This document shows positions 24,631 through 35,960 of a stretch of 64,000 nucleotides of DNA, piece after piece (positions within the stretch are counted from its first letter, which is position 1; every line of letters starts with the position of its first letter). The translations under genes were made by a program, and so were the position numbers. The notes under the pieces are model-generated. The model searched no databases. It was not told the origin of the DNA and saw nothing but the letters and a program-made list of their open reading frames with translations. The DNA is from Azoarcus sp. (lineage in GTDB: Bacteria > Pseudomonadota > Gammaproteobacteria > Burkholderiales > Rhodocyclaceae): contig JAVBJT010000038.1 in the NCBI GenBank assembly GCA_031546845.1, forward strand, positions 2,387 to 66,386. Reading direction: 5' to 3'.

Positions 24631-25953
24631 ATGGAAACCCTGTTTCTTGTCGCCCTCGTCTTGCTGAACGGGGTGTTCGCAATGTCGGAAATCGCCCTCG
24701 TCACCGCCCGCCGCGCCCGTCTTGCCAAACTCGCCGAGGGAGGCGACAACGGCGCGGTCGTGGCGATGAAGCTGGGAGAGGATCCAACCCGCTTTCTATC
24801 GACGATCCAGATCGGCATCACCTCGATCGGCATCCTCAACGGCATCGTCGGCGAAGCCGCGCTGGCCGCGCCGTTGGCGCAGTGGCTGTCCGAATTTGGC
24901 CTGCCCCTGCGCGCGTGCCACATCGGGGCGACAGCGCTCGTCGTCATCGTCATCACTTACATCTCCATCGTCATCGGCGAACTGGTGCCCAAGCGGATCG
25001 GCCAGATCAACCCCGAAGGCATCGCCCGGCTGGTGGCAAAACCGATGAACGCGCTCGCCATCGCCTCCCGCCCGTTCGTCGTCCTGTTGACGTTATCGAC
25101 CAATACCCTGCTGCGCCTACTCGGCAAGCGCGACACCGGCGCCCCGAGCGTGACCGAGGAAGAAATCCACGCCATGCTCGAAGAAGGCTCGGAAGCCGGA
25201 GTCATCGAAAAGCATGAACACGAAATGGTGCGCAACGTGTTCCGGCTAGACGACCGCCAGATCGGCTCGTTGATGGTGCCGCGCGCCGACATCCTGTGGA
25301 TCGATCTCAACCAACCGCAGGAAACAAACCTGATGCGGCTGGCCGACTCCGAACACTCCCGCTTTCCCGTATGCCGGGGCGGCCTCGACGATATCGTCGG
25401 CGTGATCGCCGCCAAACAACTGCTCAACCAATCGCTGCGCGGCAACGAATTCGACCTCACCGCCCAGCTACAGCCCGCGATCTACGTACCGGAATCGCTC
25501 ACCGGCATGGAACTGCTCGATCAGTTCCGCACCACCGGCACGCACATGATGTTCGTCATCGACGAATACGGCGAAGTGCTCGGCATCGTAACGATGCAAG
25601 ACGTTCTCGAAGCCGTCACCGGCGAATTCCTGCCACACGACCTCGCCGACTCCTGGGCCATTCAACGCGAAGACGGCTCGTGGCTACTCGACGGCCTGAT
25701 CCCCTTGCTCGAGCTGAAAGACCGGCTCGAACTGAAAACAGTCCCGGAAGAAGAAAAAGGCCGTTACCACACCCTGTCCGGCATGGTTCTCTGGCTACTC
25801 GGGCGCCTGCCCTGCACGGGCGACATCATCACATGGGAACAATGGCGCCTGGAGGTGATCGACATGGACGGCAAACGTATCGACAAAATCCTCGCCACCC
25901 ATCTGCCCAACGGCGACGAAACCACCGCCGCCACCGACAGCCCGCCGGACTGA
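24631..25953 (+). CDS. CNNM/HlyC/CorC family transporter (DUF21 TM + CBS pair + CorC_HlyC)
   Basis: 440-aa ORF, N-terminal 4-TM DUF21, CBS pair, C-terminal transporter-associated domain. Confidence 0.8.
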   Translation: METLFLVALVLLNGVFAMSEIALVTARRARLAKLAEGGDNGAVVAMKLGEDPTRFLSTIQIGITSIGILNGIVGEAALAAPLAQWLSEFGLPLRACHIGATALVVIVITYISIVIGELVPKRIGQINPEGIARLVAKPMNALAIASRPFVVLLTLSTNTLLRLLGKRDTGAPSVTEEEIHAMLEEGSEAGVIEKHEHEMVRNVFRLDDRQIGSLMVPRADILWIDLNQPQETNLMRLADSEHSRFPVCRGGLDDIVGVIAAKQLLNQSLRGNEFDLTAQLQPAIYVPESLTGMELLDQFRTTGTHMMFVIDEYGEVLGIVTMQDVLEAVTGEFLPHDLADSWAIQREDGSWLLDGLIPLLELKDRLELKTVPEEEKGRYHTLSGMVLWLLGRLPCTGDIITWEQWRLEVIDMDGKRIDKILATHLPNGDETTAATDSPPD

Positions 25954-26027
25954 ACCGCTACAGAAAGCATCGGCTCGCAATCTGTTAGACTGAATTTCGT
26001 AAACCTAAACCACGGAGACAAGCATCC

Positions 26028-26699
26028 ATGGAAAATCGCATCACAACCCCCTCCGCTGCCAACAATGCCACCGCCGTCATCTCGACGAACAAGGTCATCC
26101 GCAACACCTACATGCTGCTGTCGATGACGTTGGCGTTCTCGGCGCTGGTCGCCGGCACGGCAATGGCGCTCCAGCTGCCCCACCCCGGCCTGATTCTCAC
26201 GATGGTCGGCTATTTCGGGCTACTCTTCCTCACCACCAAATTCCGCAACAGCAGTTTTGGCATCGTCTGCGTCTTCGCGCTCACCGGCTTCCTCGGCTAC
26301 ACGCTGGGGCCGATTATTTCCTACTACCTCTCGCTCTCCAACGGCAGCCACATCGTCATGCAGGCGCTAGGCGGCACGGCGGTGATTTTCCTTGGGCTGT
26401 CGGGATACGCGCTGACCACGCGCAAGGACTTCTCCTTCATGGGCGGCTTCCTTTGCGTCGGCATCCTGGTGGCCTTCCTCGCCGGTATCGGCGCGATTGT
26501 CTTCAGCATGCCGGCCCTGTCGCTGGCGGTATCGGCCATGTTCATCCTGCTGATGTCGGGCCTGATCCTGTTTGAAACCAGCAACATCATCCACGGCGGC
26601 GAAACCAACTACATCATGGCCACGGTCACGCTGTACGTGGCGATCTACAACATCTTCGTCAGCCTGCTGCAGTTGCTGGGCGTGTTCAACAACGACTGA
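26028..26699 (+). CDS. Bax inhibitor-1/YccA family membrane protein
   Basis: 223-aa 7-TM ORF with BI-1 family pattern. Confidence 0.8.
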   Translation: MENRITTPSAANNATAVISTNKVIRNTYMLLSMTLAFSALVAGTAMALQLPHPGLILTMVGYFGLLFLTTKFRNSSFGIVCVFALTGFLGYTLGPIISYYLSLSNGSHIVMQALGGTAVIFLGLSGYALTTRKDFSFMGGFLCVGILVAFLAGIGAIVFSMPALSLAVSAMFILLMSGLILFETSNIIHGGETNYIMATVTLYVAIYNIFVSLLQLLGVFNND

Positions 26700-26724
26700 G
26701 CACGGCAACACGCGAAAACACAAA

Positions 26725-26752
26725 GGCGGGGATGAAAATCCCCGCCTTTTTT
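26725..26752 (+). terminator. Rho-independent terminator after BI-1 gene
   Basis: ggcggggatgaaaatccccgcc hairpin + tttttt. Confidence 0.65.
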
Positions 26753-26890
26753 CATGCGCCCGCCCCCATAACCGCCAGCCAGCGTTTCAATCGAAAACGG
26801 GCGGATGAAACCGCGAAGCGTTACTCCAGGGATATGCGCAGCTTCCTTAAGTCTTGTACTTTCGCGCGGTATTACCCGGAAGGATTCCGA

Positions 26891-27388
26891 ATGAAGCACA
26901 TGCTTGCGTTGCTGATGTTGTCGGTCGCTATGGCTTCGCATGCTTCTCGCACGGCCGAAACCCAGGCTGCCAAGGCTGCGCCCTCTACACCGGTTGCGGC
27001 GGCGAAATGCGGCGACTTTCTCTCCCGCATTTCGCGCAGGCCTGAACATCTGAAATTCATCGCATGCAAGGATGACGCCTCCGGACAGTTGCACGTTATG
27101 ACTGCCGCCTACAAGGTCAATGGCAGGTTTGCTTCGCGGGTGGAGGATTTTTTCGTCCGGCAGGCCGGCATGCAGCCTTTGCGCTTCCTCTGCTGCGTGT
27201 GGGAAACGGCACCCTCAGGCGATGCGCGCTATGGGCATTTCGATAGCGGTTATGTCTTTCCTGGCAACAATCCCAGCCCCTACGTCGTAAGCATGGGGTC
27301 GGAAGAGACTGTGACCTCGCAGCGGGCGAACTGGGGCGAAATAGAATGGTTCTACGTCGAGGTCACGTTGTATCTCGAAGAACCTTAG
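26891..27388 (+). CDS. Hypothetical secreted protein (signal peptide, 5 Cys), unknown function
   Basis: Start inferred at MKHMLALLMLSVAMASHA (signal peptide) within 218-aa listed ORF; no recognisable family. Confidence 0.5.
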   Translation: MKHMLALLMLSVAMASHASRTAETQAAKAAPSTPVAAAKCGDFLSRISRRPEHLKFIACKDDASGQLHVMTAAYKVNGRFASRVEDFFVRQAGMQPLRFLCCVWETAPSGDARYGHFDSGYVFPGNNPSPYVVSMGSEETVTSQRANWGEIEWFYVEVTLYLEEP

Positions 27389-27403
27389 AGCGCTGCTAGA
27401 GTT

Positions 27404-27488
27404 TGGTGCCCGGAGCGGGAGTCGAACCCGCACGCCTTGCGGCTCCGGATTTTAAGTCCGGTATGTCTACCAGTTTCATCATCCGGGC
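27404..27488 (-). tRNA. tRNA-Leu (anticodon TAA)
   Basis: Minus-strand GCCCGGATGATGAAACTGGTAGACATACCGGACTTAAAATCCGGAGCCGCAAGGCGTGCGGGTTCGACTCCCGCTCCGGGCACCA: cloverleaf with long variable arm, anticodon loop CTTAAAA. Confidence 0.9.
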
Positions 27489-27561
27489 GTGGATGGCGCC
27501 GCCTCAGGGCGGCGCTTGATCGAAGTGTGCTTGCGCTACCAGACCGTGCAATGGGCACGGC

Positions 27562-27822
27562 TCAACGGTTTTGCTCCGGCAGCACGATATTGACTTCCAA
27601 TACTTCGTAATTGTCCTGCTTTTCGAGTTGGACCTTGATGTCGTCCGGGTTGACCGCGACATACTTGGAAATGACGGCGATGAGGTCTTTCTGCAAGGCA
27701 GGCAGAAAGTCGGCCGCCCCGCCACCGCCACTGCGTTCGTGGGCGATCAGCAGGGACAGCCGGTTCTTGGCGATTTCAGCTGTGCGCTTCTTTTCGCCAA
27801 AAATACGGGCGAGCAGGGACAT
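27562..27822 (-). CDS. minE: Cell division topological specificity factor MinE
   Basis: 86-aa [33 protein letters not shown]... Confidence 0.9.
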   Translation of the reverse strand: MSLLARIFGEKKRTAEIAKNRLSLLIAHERSGGGGAADFLPALQKDLIAVISKYVAVNPDDIKVQLEKQDNYEVLEVNIVLPEQNR

Positions 27823-27824
27823 GG

Positions 27825-28638
27825 CTATTTGCCTCCGAACAGGCGCTTGATAAGGCCCGGCTTTTCATAATTGACGAAGCGCAGCTCGCGTTCTTCGCCA
27901 AGGAAGCGGGCGACGATGTCGCCGTAAGCTTCAGCAACGTCGCTGCCTTTGATGTGGATGGCCGGGGTGCCCTGGTTGGAGGCGTGGAGCACGGATTCGG
28001 ATTCGGGAATGACGCCGATCAGCGGAACGCGCAGCAACTCTTGTACATCCTTGTACGAGAGCATTTCGCCTTCCTCGACCCGCTTGGCCGAGTAGCGGGT
28101 GATGAGCAGGTGCTCCTTGACCGGCTCACCACCTTCGCGCGCACGCTTGGATTTGGATTGGAGAATGCCGAGGATGCGGTCGGAGTCGCGTACCGAGGAG
28201 ACTTCCGGGTTGGTGGCCACAATGGCTTCGTCGGCAAAGGTGAGCGCCATGACCGCGCCGCGCTCGATACCGGCGGGCGAGTCGCAGACGACGTAGTCGA
28301 AACCCATATGTTCGAGATCTTTCAGTACCTGCTCGACGCCTTCCTCGGTAAGCGCATCTTTGTCGCGTGTTTGCGAGGCGGGCAGCACGAAGAGGTTTTC
28401 GCAATGCCTGTCCTTGACCAGGGCCTGATTGAGCTTGGCTTCGCCGTTGATGACGTTGACAAGGTCGTACACCACGCGGCGTTCGCAGCCCATGATGAGA
28501 TCGAGGTTGCGCAGGCCGACGTCGAAGTCGATGACGGCGGTTTTGAAGCCGCGCATCGCGAGTCCCGAGGAGAAAGCCGCGCTGGTGGTGGTTTTGCCCA
28601 CTCCGCCTTTGCCCGATGTGACGACGATGACTCTCACG
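27825..28638 (-). CDS. minD: Septum site-determining ATPase MinD
   Basis: GTG start giving (M)[16 protein letters not shown] deviant Walker A; listed ORF has spurious N-terminal extension. Confidence 0.9.
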
Positions 28639-28668
28639 CTGTCCCCTTGTTGAATGATTGGCGCCGCA

Positions 28669-29433
28669 TCAGTCGAGCTGCAGCGGTTCGATGTTGAGTG
28701 TCTGGTTTTCGGCGGTAATGGAAAGTTTCGCTTGCACAAGACGCGCGGCGAGCTTTTCCGGGATGCCGGCTTCAAAGGTGCGATAGACGCCAGCGATGGA
28801 GACCAGTTCCGGGCCGAAATGGGTGGTGATGATACGCGCTGCGGTATCGCCCTGCGCACCGGCAAGCGCGCGGCCGCGCAGCGGGCCGAAGCAGTGGATG
28901 CTGCCGTCGGCGATGACTTCGGCGCCATTACTCATGCCCGCGAGCAGAACAAGGTCGCCGCCGCGCGCGTAAATCTGTTGCCCTGACCGCAACGGCCGGT
29001 CGATGAACAGCGTGCCGGCCTGGATTACGGCAGGCGCTGGCGTTTGAGCAGGCGCGGGTGCTGGTGCGGGCGTTTGGGCCGGCATCACCGGGCGTGACGC
29101 ATCGGCGCGTATTTCTGCGGTGTCGAGTATCGCCAGGCCAGCTTGCCGTGCCGTTTGGGCCAGTGCTGGCGCCAAATTACGCACGCCGATGGGTTGCAAC
29201 TGGTAGCGGCGCAGGAGCGACAGCATGCCGGCCCAGTCGATGCGTTCGGGTACCTGCTTCACCGCGGCAAAATCCAGCACGGTTGCTTCGCCGCTGAAAA
29301 AATCGGGCATGCCGCCGAGCATTTTGTGCATGTCGTCGGCCAGCCGCGCGGGCTCGATTTCATGCAGCACGGCAAGGGTCGCGCCAAGGGCCGTGTTGCG
29401 GAATTCAATCGAGCGGTGAGTGGGAGTCGACAT
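28669..29433 (-). CDS. minC: Septum site-determining protein MinC
   Basis: N-terminal domain, Pro/Ala linker (PAPAPAPAQTPAPA), C-terminal beta-helix domain; minCDE order. Confidence 0.8.
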   Translation of the reverse strand: MSTPTHRSIEFRNTALGATLAVLHEIEPARLADDMHKMLGGMPDFFSGEATVLDFAAVKQVPERIDWAGMLSLLRRYQLQPIGVRNLAPALAQTARQAGLAILDTAEIRADASRPVMPAQTPAPAPAPAQTPAPAVIQAGTLFIDRPLRSGQQIYARGGDLVLLAGMSNGAEVIADGSIHCFGPLRGRALAGAQGDTAARIITTHFGPELVSIAGVYRTFEAGIPEKLAARLVQAKLSITAENQTLNIEPLQLD

Positions 29434-29516
29434 TGGGCAGCGTGATTTCAAAACCTATGGAGTCTAATGACGGACAGGATTTCCGGCAAGGCCGGCGGTG
29501 GTGCGGCGTGCTCGTT

Positions 29517-30392
29517 TCAATGCAGTGTGGGTGGCTGGAACAGCGCGTTTACGTCGTCCAAGCCGAAACGATAAGTGTGGTTGGAAAGATCGTCGCGCAC
29601 CACGATTTCGCCCTGTTCGGCCAATACCGAGCGCACTTGCTCTTCGCCCAAGGCGCGCAGCATCGCGGCAATTTTGGCGGGATCGGCCGGCCAGTGATGG
29701 GTAACGGGGCGCGGGGCATACAGGCGCACCTCTTCTTCGGCGAAGAGGCGCCCTAGCAAGGACTCGGGCGTGAGGCGGAGAAGCTCCTCGGCACGCACAG
29801 TGTGGGCAAGCTGATGGATGCGCGACCAGCCATCGGCGTCGCGCTGATCGGCGCCGGGCAGCGCCTGCACGAACAAGGCCGCTGCCGTGTCGGTGTCGCT
29901 GGCAAGCCACAGGCCGGCGGGTTGTTGCTCGGATTGGGCGAGGTAGTGGCCGAAGGTGGCGGCGATGCTGTCGCCCGTGAGCGGCACCAAGCTCTGATAG
30001 GGCTGGTCGAGCCCTGGCACGTCGAGGCTGAGTTGCAGGCGTCCGTCGCCGACGAGTTCGGGCAGCGTGTGGCCGGCGATTTTGCCTTCGGCCTTGGCAT
30101 AGCCGCGCAAATTGAGCTGCTCGGTGCAATCGACCACCAGCAAGCCGACCGGGCCGTGGCCCTGGACCTGAAAGGTAAGCCGGCCGGATTGCTTGAGGTT
30201 GCCGGCGATGATGGCGGAAACCGCGCTCATCTCACCAAGCAGGCGGGCAACCGGAGCGGCGTAATCGCGGCCGCGCTGCATGGTCTGCCACACGTCGGTC
30301 AGGCGCACCACGGCGCCGCGAATGTCCAATTGCTCGAACAGAAAACGCTGGACGTAACTGGATGGCAGGGTATGGGAAGGCGAAAGGGTCAT
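29517..30392 (-). CDS. hslO: Hsp33 (HslO) family chaperone homologue lacking the C-terminal Cys4 zinc redox switch
   Basis: Start inferred at [31 protein letters not shown] (292 aa); aligns to Hsp33 throughout but CxC...CxxC positions read HxW...DxxS. Confidence 0.65.
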   Translation of the reverse strand: MTLSPSHTLPSSYVQRFLFEQLDIRGAVVRLTDVWQTMQRGRDYAAPVARLLGEMSAVSAIIAGNLKQSGRLTFQVQGHGPVGLLVVDCTEQLNLRGYAKAEGKIAGHTLPELVGDGRLQLSLDVPGLDQPYQSLVPLTGDSIAATFGHYLAQSEQQPAGLWLASDTDTAAALFVQALPGADQRDADGWSRIHQLAHTVRAEELLRLTPESLLGRLFAEEEVRLYAPRPVTHHWPADPAKIAAMLRALGEEQVRSVLAEQGEIVVRDDLSNHTYRFGLDDVNALFQPPTLH

Positions 30393-30790
30393 GCGTGCGC
30401 TCCAGTTGCAGGCAGGGCGCGGGCCCAGGTTTCGGCGTCGAAGCCGAGCAGGATAGCGCCATCCGGCAGCGCCAACACGGGCCGGCGAATGATGCTGGGG
30501 TGGGCGAGCATCAACGCGATGGCGGCTTGCTCGGTATCCACCGCTTGCTGCGCGGGGTCGAGTTTGCGCCAGGTCGTGCCGCGCGTATTGAGCAGTGCGC
30601 GCCAGCCCAGCTTGGCGCACCAGGCGGCGAGCATGTCGGCGTCGAGACCGTCACGGCGATAATCGTGGAAGCGATAGGCAACACCCCGCCCGGCGAGCCA
30701 GGCGAAGGCTTTTTTCATCGTGTCGCAATTTTTGATGCCGTGGATCACGACTTCATCGCTTGCCGGCTTCACGGGGGTTTTTTCGGTCAT
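30389..30790 (-). CDS. ArsC/Spx family protein, YffB-like
   Basis: 133-aa ORF with [17 protein letters not shown] motif typical of YffB/ArsC-family thioredoxin-fold proteins. Confidence 0.7.
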   Translation of the reverse strand: MTEKTPVKPASDEVVIHGIKNCDTMKKAFAWLAGRGVAYRFHDYRRDGLDADMLAAWCAKLGWRALLNTRGTTWRKLDPAQQAVDTEQAAIALMLAHPSIIRRPVLALPDGAILLGFDAETWARALPATGAHA

Positions 30791-33102
30791 TGGCGGCGGG
30801 CGCGGGCGAAGGCGGCGGCAAGCGCGTTGCCAGCGGGGGGCTCGTCCCGTTTCGATTGCGGTGCATGACCACCGCGCCGTGGCGCTGGGTCGCGTTTATC
30901 GCCGGCATGCGCGCCGCGCGGCGCGACTTCGTCGCTCAAGCGCATGGTAAGCGCGATGCGGTTGCGCGGCAGGTCCACCTCCAGCACCTTGACCTTGACC
31001 ACATCGCCGGCCTTGACGACGGAGTGGGGATCTTTGACGAAACGGTCGGCCAGCGCCGAGATATGTACCAAACCGTCCTGATGCACGCCCACATCGACGA
31101 AGGCGCCGAAGTTGGTGACGTTGGTGACGACGCCTTCGAGCAGCATGCCCGGCGCCAGATCCTTCAAGGTTTCGACACCGTCGCGGAAGGCGGCGGTGCG
31201 GAATTCCGGGCGCGGATCGCGGCCGGGCTTTTCCAGTTCGGAAAGGATGTCGCGCACGGTCGGCAGGCCGAAGCGTTCGTCGGTAAAGGCTTCCGGTTGG
31301 AGCGATTTGAGCAGGCTGGCATTACCCATCAGCTCACGCACGTTCTTTCGCGTGTGGGCGAGCAGCCGTTCGACCACGGGGTAGGTTTCCGGGTGCACCG
31401 CCGAGGCGTCGAGCGGGTTGTCGCCAGCGGGAATGCGCAGAAAGCCAGCCGCCTGCTCGAAGGTTTTCGGCCCAAGCCGGGATACATCGCGCAAGGCTTC
31501 GCGGCTGCGGAAAGGGCCGTTGGCATCGCGATGACCGACAATGCCGGCAGCGAGCGCGGTGTTGAGGCCGGAAATGCGCGCGAGCAACGGGGCGGAGGCG
31601 GTATTCACATCGACGCCGACGGCGTTCACGCAGTCTTCCACCACCGCATCCAGGCTCTTCGCCAGCCAGCCTTGGTTGACGTCGTGCTGATACTGGCCGA
31701 CGCCGATGGATTTGGGGTCGATCTTGACCAATTCGGCGAGCGGATCTTGCAAACGGCGAGCGATGGAGACGGCGCCGCGCAGGGAAACATCCACGTTGGG
31801 GAATTCACGCGCGGCAAGTTCGGAAGCGGAGTAGATCGAGGCGCCCGCCTCGGAAACAACGGCTTTGGTCAGTTGCAGTTCGGGGCGCGCCTTCATCAAG
31901 TCGGCGGCAAGCTTGTCGGTTTCGCGCGACGCGGTACCGTTGCCGATGGCAACCAGTTCGACACTGTGACGCGCGGCCAGCACCGCCAGCGTGGCGAGCG
32001 CGCCATCATAATCACGGCGCGGCTCGAAGGGGTAAACGGTGGCGGTATCGACGAGCTTGCCGGTGCCGTCGACAACGGCCACTTTGACGCCGGTACGAAT
32101 ACCGGGGTCGAGCCCCATCGTGGCCCGTGTTCCGGCTGGCGCGGCAAGCAGTAGATCCTTGATGTTGCGGGCGAAGACGCGGATGGCCTCGATTTCCGCC
32201 CGTTCGCGCAACTGCCCGATCAGTTCGAGTTCGAGATGCAGCGAAATTTTGACCTTCCACGCCCAACGCGCGGTATCGGCCAACCAGCGGTCGGCGGGCC
32301 GACCCTGATCGCGGATACCGAAACGGCCGGCGATGCGGCTTTCACACGGGTGCGGGGCGTTGGGCTGCGCCGGGTCGGTATCCACATCCAGCGCCAGACG
32401 CAGTACGCCTTCGTTACGGCCGCGCAGCAGGGCGAGCGCGCGGTGCGAGGGCATGGCGGCAACCGGTTCGCTGAAATCGAACCAGTCGCGGAATTTGGCG
32501 CCTTCGTTTTCCTTGCCTTCCACCACGCTGGAGCGCAGCTTGCCGTTCTCTTCCAGATAAGCGCGCAACTGGCCGAGTAGCGTGGCGTCCTCGGCGAATT
32601 GTTCGACCAGGATTTGCCGCGCGCCATCGAGCACGCTTTTGACATCGGCAAAACCGGCATCGGCGTTGAAGTACTTTTCCGCCTCGGCCTCGGGTGTCAG
32701 CATCGGGTCGGCTAGCAAACCCTCCGCCAGCGGCGCGAGGCCGGCTTCGCGCGCGATCTGCGCCTTGGTGCGGCGTTTCTGCTTGTACGGCAGGTAAAGG
32801 TCTTCAAGACGCTGCTTGGTTTCGGCGCCGTCGAGGTCGGCACGCAATTCGGCGGTCATCTTGCCTTGCTCTTCGATCGAAGCGATGACGCTGGCGCGGC
32901 GCTCTTCCAGTTCGCGCAGGTAGCCCAGGCGTTCTTCCAGGGTGCGCAACTGCGTGTCGTCGAGGCCGCCGGTGGCTTCCTTGCGGTAGCGGGCGACAAA
33001 GGGAACAGTGGCTCCGCCATCGAGCAATTCCACGGCGGCGACAACCTGGCGGGGCGGAACGCCGATTTCGGCGGCAATACGGTGTTCGATCGAGGGAAGC
33101 AT
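30787..33102 (-). CDS. tex: Transcription accessory protein Tex (YqgF/HhH/S1 domains)
   Basis: Start inferred at [42 protein letters not shown]; C-terminal S1 domain. Confidence 0.85.
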   Translation of the reverse strand: MLPSIEHRIAAEIGVPPRQVVAAVELLDGGATVPFVARYRKEATGGLDDTQLRTLEERLGYLRELEERRASVIASIEEQGKMTAELRADLDGAETKQRLEDLYLPYKQKRRTKAQIAREAGLAPLAEGLLADPMLTPEAEAEKYFNADAGFADVKSVLDGARQILVEQFAEDATLLGQLRAYLEENGKLRSSVVEGKENEGAKFRDWFDFSEPVAAMPSHRALALLRGRNEGVLRLALDVDTDPAQPNAPHPCESRIAGRFGIRDQGRPADRWLADTARWAWKVKISLHLELELIGQLRERAEIEAIRVFARNIKDLLLAAPAGTRATMGLDPGIRTGVKVAVVDGTGKLVDTATVYPFEPRRDYDGALATLAVLAARHSVELVAIGNGTASRETDKLAADLMKARPELQLTKAVVSEAGASIYSASELAAREFPNVDVSLRGAVSIARRLQDPLAELVKIDPKSIGVGQYQHDVNQGWLAKSLDAVVEDCVNAVGVDVNTASAPLLARISGLNTALAAGIVGHRDANGPFRSREALRDVSRLGPKTFEQAAGFLRIPAGDNPLDASAVHPETYPVVERLLAHTRKNVRELMGNASLLKSLQPEAFTDERFGLPTVRDILSELEKPGRDPRPEFRTAAFRDGVETLKDLAPGMLLEGVVTNVTNFGAFVDVGVHQDGLVHISALADRFVKDPHSVVKAGDVVKVKVLEVDLPRNRIALTMRLSDEVAPRGAHAGDKRDPAPRRGGHAPQSKRDEPPAGNALAAAFARARRQ

Positions 33103-33272
33103 GCGGATGGTTCGCGCTGGTGCGCGGAAATCGGACAAAACAGGAAGGGCGCGATGGTGCAGCAATCGCGCGGCTCGGGCAAGTTGGTGGCAGGCGAATA
33201 AACGCGGGCGGGCAAAAATAAAAACCCGCCTTCCACTTCACGGAAGGCGGGCGAGATGCGCGTCGGCGCGAA

Positions 33273-35960
33273 TCAGTCCTGCAGGACCAGCACGCCGTTC
33301 TTGATGGAGTTGTCGTCCGGATCGTTCGACAGAACGAAACCAAGGCTCTGGACGAATTTGAGCATGCGCTCGTTGTTGGCGAGGAAGACACCGTTCATGT
33401 AAGAGATGCCCCGGCCGCGCGCGGTGTCGATCAGCACGCCCATGAGCCGGCGCGCGAGACCGCGATGTTGCCAGTCGTCGGCAACGACGACGGCAAATTC
33501 GCACGATTCGCCATCGGGATTGACCGCGTAGCGGCAGACGCCGATTTCCTTTTCCGCACCCTCGACCACGATGGTGGCGATAAAGGCCATTTCGCGGTCG
33601 TAATCGATCTGGGTCAGGCGCGCGACCATCGCGGGCGGCAGTTCGCGCATGGAGTTCATGAAGCGGTAGTACTTGGTTTCCGCCGACAGATTGCGAACGA
33701 ATTCGACCTCCATATCGGCATCTTCCGGCTTAATCGGGCGAACGGTGATCTGTACGCCGTCCGGCATGGTCCAACGGCTGATGAGGTGCGACGGATAGGG
33801 GTGGATCGCCATGTGGTCGTAGCGATCGGCCGCCGGAGAAACGTTATCGACGACGATGCGCGCATCGACGGCAACGGCGCCATGCTCATCCACGATCAGC
33901 GGGTTGATTTCGAGCGTGTTGATCCACGGCAGTTCGCAGACCATCTCCGACACGCGCAGCAGGACTAGTTCGAGCGCGTCCATGTTGATCGACGGCATGT
34001 TGCGGAATTCGCCCAGCAGCGGATAGACGCGGGTCGAGCGGATCAGGTCGTGCACCAGGTAGTTGTTCAGCGGCGGCAACGCGATGGCGAGATCGCGGTT
34101 GGCCTCGACGCGGTTACCGCCTTCACCGAAGGCGATGACCGGGCCGAACACCGGGTCGCGGCGGGCGCTGACGATCAATTCGCGGCCGTGGCGCTTGAGG
34201 ATCATCGGCTCGATAGCGACGCCGTTGATCGCCGCCTCGGGTAGATTCTTGCGCACTTCGTCGAGAATTTCCTGGTAAGCCGTGCGCACCGCGGCAAGGC
34301 TGCCAAGGTTCAAGCGCACGCCACCGGAGTCGGATTTGTGGATGATCGACGGCGAATCGATCTTCATCACCACGGGCAGGCCGATTTCCTCGGCCAGCAC
34401 CATCGCCTCGGTGGCCGAGCGGGCGATCACCGTCTGCGCGATGGGGATGCGGAAGGCGGCCAGCAGCGCCTTCGATTCCATTTCGTTGAGCGCCTTGCGG
34501 CGCTCGGCCAGCGCGGTTTCGATAACCAGACGGGCGCTTTCGATCGACGGCGGCGACAGATGCGACAACGACGCCGGCGTCTGCATCAGCAGCTTCTGGT
34601 TACGGTAGTAGGCGGAAATGTGGCTGAACAGCTCCACCGCCGGTTCCGGCGTGCGCAGCGTGGGGATGCCGGCCTCGATGAAGGCATGGCGGGCCTTCAG
34701 AACCTGCTCCTCGCCCATCCAGCAGGTCAACACGGGTTTGTCGGCATTCTTTTCCAGGTCGATCACCGCCTCGGCAACACCATCCGGGTCGCTCATCGCC
34801 TGCGGCGTGAGCATGACCAGCGTGCCGTCCACGTTGTCATCCTCCAAGACCGCCGTCAGCGCATTGCGGTAGTGCTCGACACTGGCATCGCCAAGGAAGT
34901 CCACCGGATTGCCGTGCGACCAGCTCGCCGGCAGCACGGCGTTGAGCTTTTCTATCGTGCTCTCGGAAAGCGTCGCCAGCGGAATATCGAGATCGGCCGC
35001 GCGATCGGCCGCCATCACACCCGGCCCGCCGCCATTGGTGATGATCGCCAGACGGTTGCCGCGCGGACGGAAATGGGAGAACAACGCGTTCGCCGCCGAG
35101 TAAAGCTGGCCCATGTTGTACAGACGGATGACGCCGGCGCGACGCAGCGCGGCATCGAACACCGCGTCGTCGCCCGCCTGCGCGCCGGAATGCGACAGGA
35201 TCGCCTGCGATACGCCCGGATGCCGGCCGGCCTTGATCAGCAGCACGGGCTTGACTCGCGCCGCGCCGCGCAGCGCGCTCATGAAGCGGCGGGCATCGCG
35301 GATGCCTTCCACATACAGAAAGATGCTTTCGGTGCGCGCGTCGGAAATCATGTATTCCAGCACTTCGCCGAAATCGATGTCGGACGAGGAGCCGAGCGAA
35401 ACCACGGTGGAAAAACCGACGTTGTTCGGCCTGGCCCAGTCCAGAATCGCCGCGCACAACGCGCCGGATTGAGAAATGAGGCCGATCGTGCCCTTGACCG
35501 CGCTGGCTTGGGCAAACGTGGCATTCAGGCCCAGTTCCGGACGCATGATGCCGATGCAGTTGGGGCCGAGCAGGCGGATACGATGCCTGCGCGCGGCTTC
35601 GACCACTTTACGCTCAAGCAAATTGCCGCGCGGGCCGGTTTCGGAAAAACCCGACGACAACACGATGACGGCTTTCACGCCGGCACGGCCGCAACTATCG
35701 ATAACCGCGGGCACTTTATCCGCGCGGACGGCAATCACCCCGAGATCGAGCCGGTGGGGAACATCCTCCACCGTTTTGTAACAGGGCAGGCCAAGTACCG
35801 ATTCGTGCGCCGGATTGATCGCGAACAAGCGCCCTTTGTAGCCCGCGTCGAGCATATTGCGGATGAGTACGTTGCCAAGAGAGGCTTCTCGCTCGCTGGC
35901 ACCGATGATGGCGACGGATTGAGGTTCGAGCAGAGGGCTGAGGTAATGTTTTTCGTTCAT
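33273..35960 (-). CDS. pat: Protein lysine acetyltransferase Pat (NDP-forming acyl-CoA synthetase-like domains fused to GNAT)
   Basis: Start inferred at MNEKHYLSPLLEPQSVAIIGASE (CoA-binding); C-terminal GNAT motif (WQHRGLARRLM); ~895 aa. Confidence 0.8.
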   Translation of the reverse strand: MNEKHYLSPLLEPQSVAIIGASEREASLGNVLIRNMLDAGYKGRLFAINPAHESVLGLPCYKTVEDVPHRLDLGVIAVRADKVPAVIDSCGRAGVKAVIVLSSGFSETGPRGNLLERKVVEAARRHRIRLLGPNCIGIMRPELGLNATFAQASAVKGTIGLISQSGALCAAILDWARPNNVGFSTVVSLGSSSDIDFGEVLEYMISDARTESIFLYVEGIRDARRFMSALRGAARVKPVLLIKAGRHPGVSQAILSHSGAQAGDDAVFDAALRRAGVIRLYNMGQLYSAANALFSHFRPRGNRLAIITNGGGPGVMAADRAADLDIPLATLSESTIEKLNAVLPASWSHGNPVDFLGDASVEHYRNALTAVLEDDNVDGTLVMLTPQAMSDPDGVAEAVIDLEKNADKPVLTCWMGEEQVLKARHAFIEAGIPTLRTPEPAVELFSHISAYYRNQKLLMQTPASLSHLSPPSIESARLVIETALAERRKALNEMESKALLAAFRIPIAQTVIARSATEAMVLAEEIGLPVVMKIDSPSIIHKSDSGGVRLNLGSLAAVRTAYQEILDEVRKNLPEAAINGVAIEPMILKRHGRELIVSARRDPVFGPVIAFGEGGNRVEANRDLAIALPPLNNYLVHDLIRSTRVYPLLGEFRNMPSINMDALELVLLRVSEMVCELPWINTLEINPLIVDEHGAVAVDARIVVDNVSPAADRYDHMAIHPYPSHLISRWTMPDGVQITVRPIKPEDADMEVEFVRNLSAETKYYRFMNSMRELPPAMVARLTQIDYDREMAFIATIVVEGAEKEIGVCRYAVNPDGESCEFAVVVADDWQHRGLARRLMGVLIDTARGRGISYMNGVFLANNERMLKFVQSLGFVLSNDPDDNSIKNGVLVLQD

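Noticed and set aside
28990-29110. Short nucleotide periodicity (gcgggtgctggtgcgggcgtttgggccgg) that could look like a micro-repeat array
   Set aside because: It encodes the Pro/Ala linker (PAPAPAPAQTPAPA) between the MinC domains. Ordinary low-complexity linker, not a CRISPR or VNTR locus. No CRISPR-like arrays are seen anywhere in the window.
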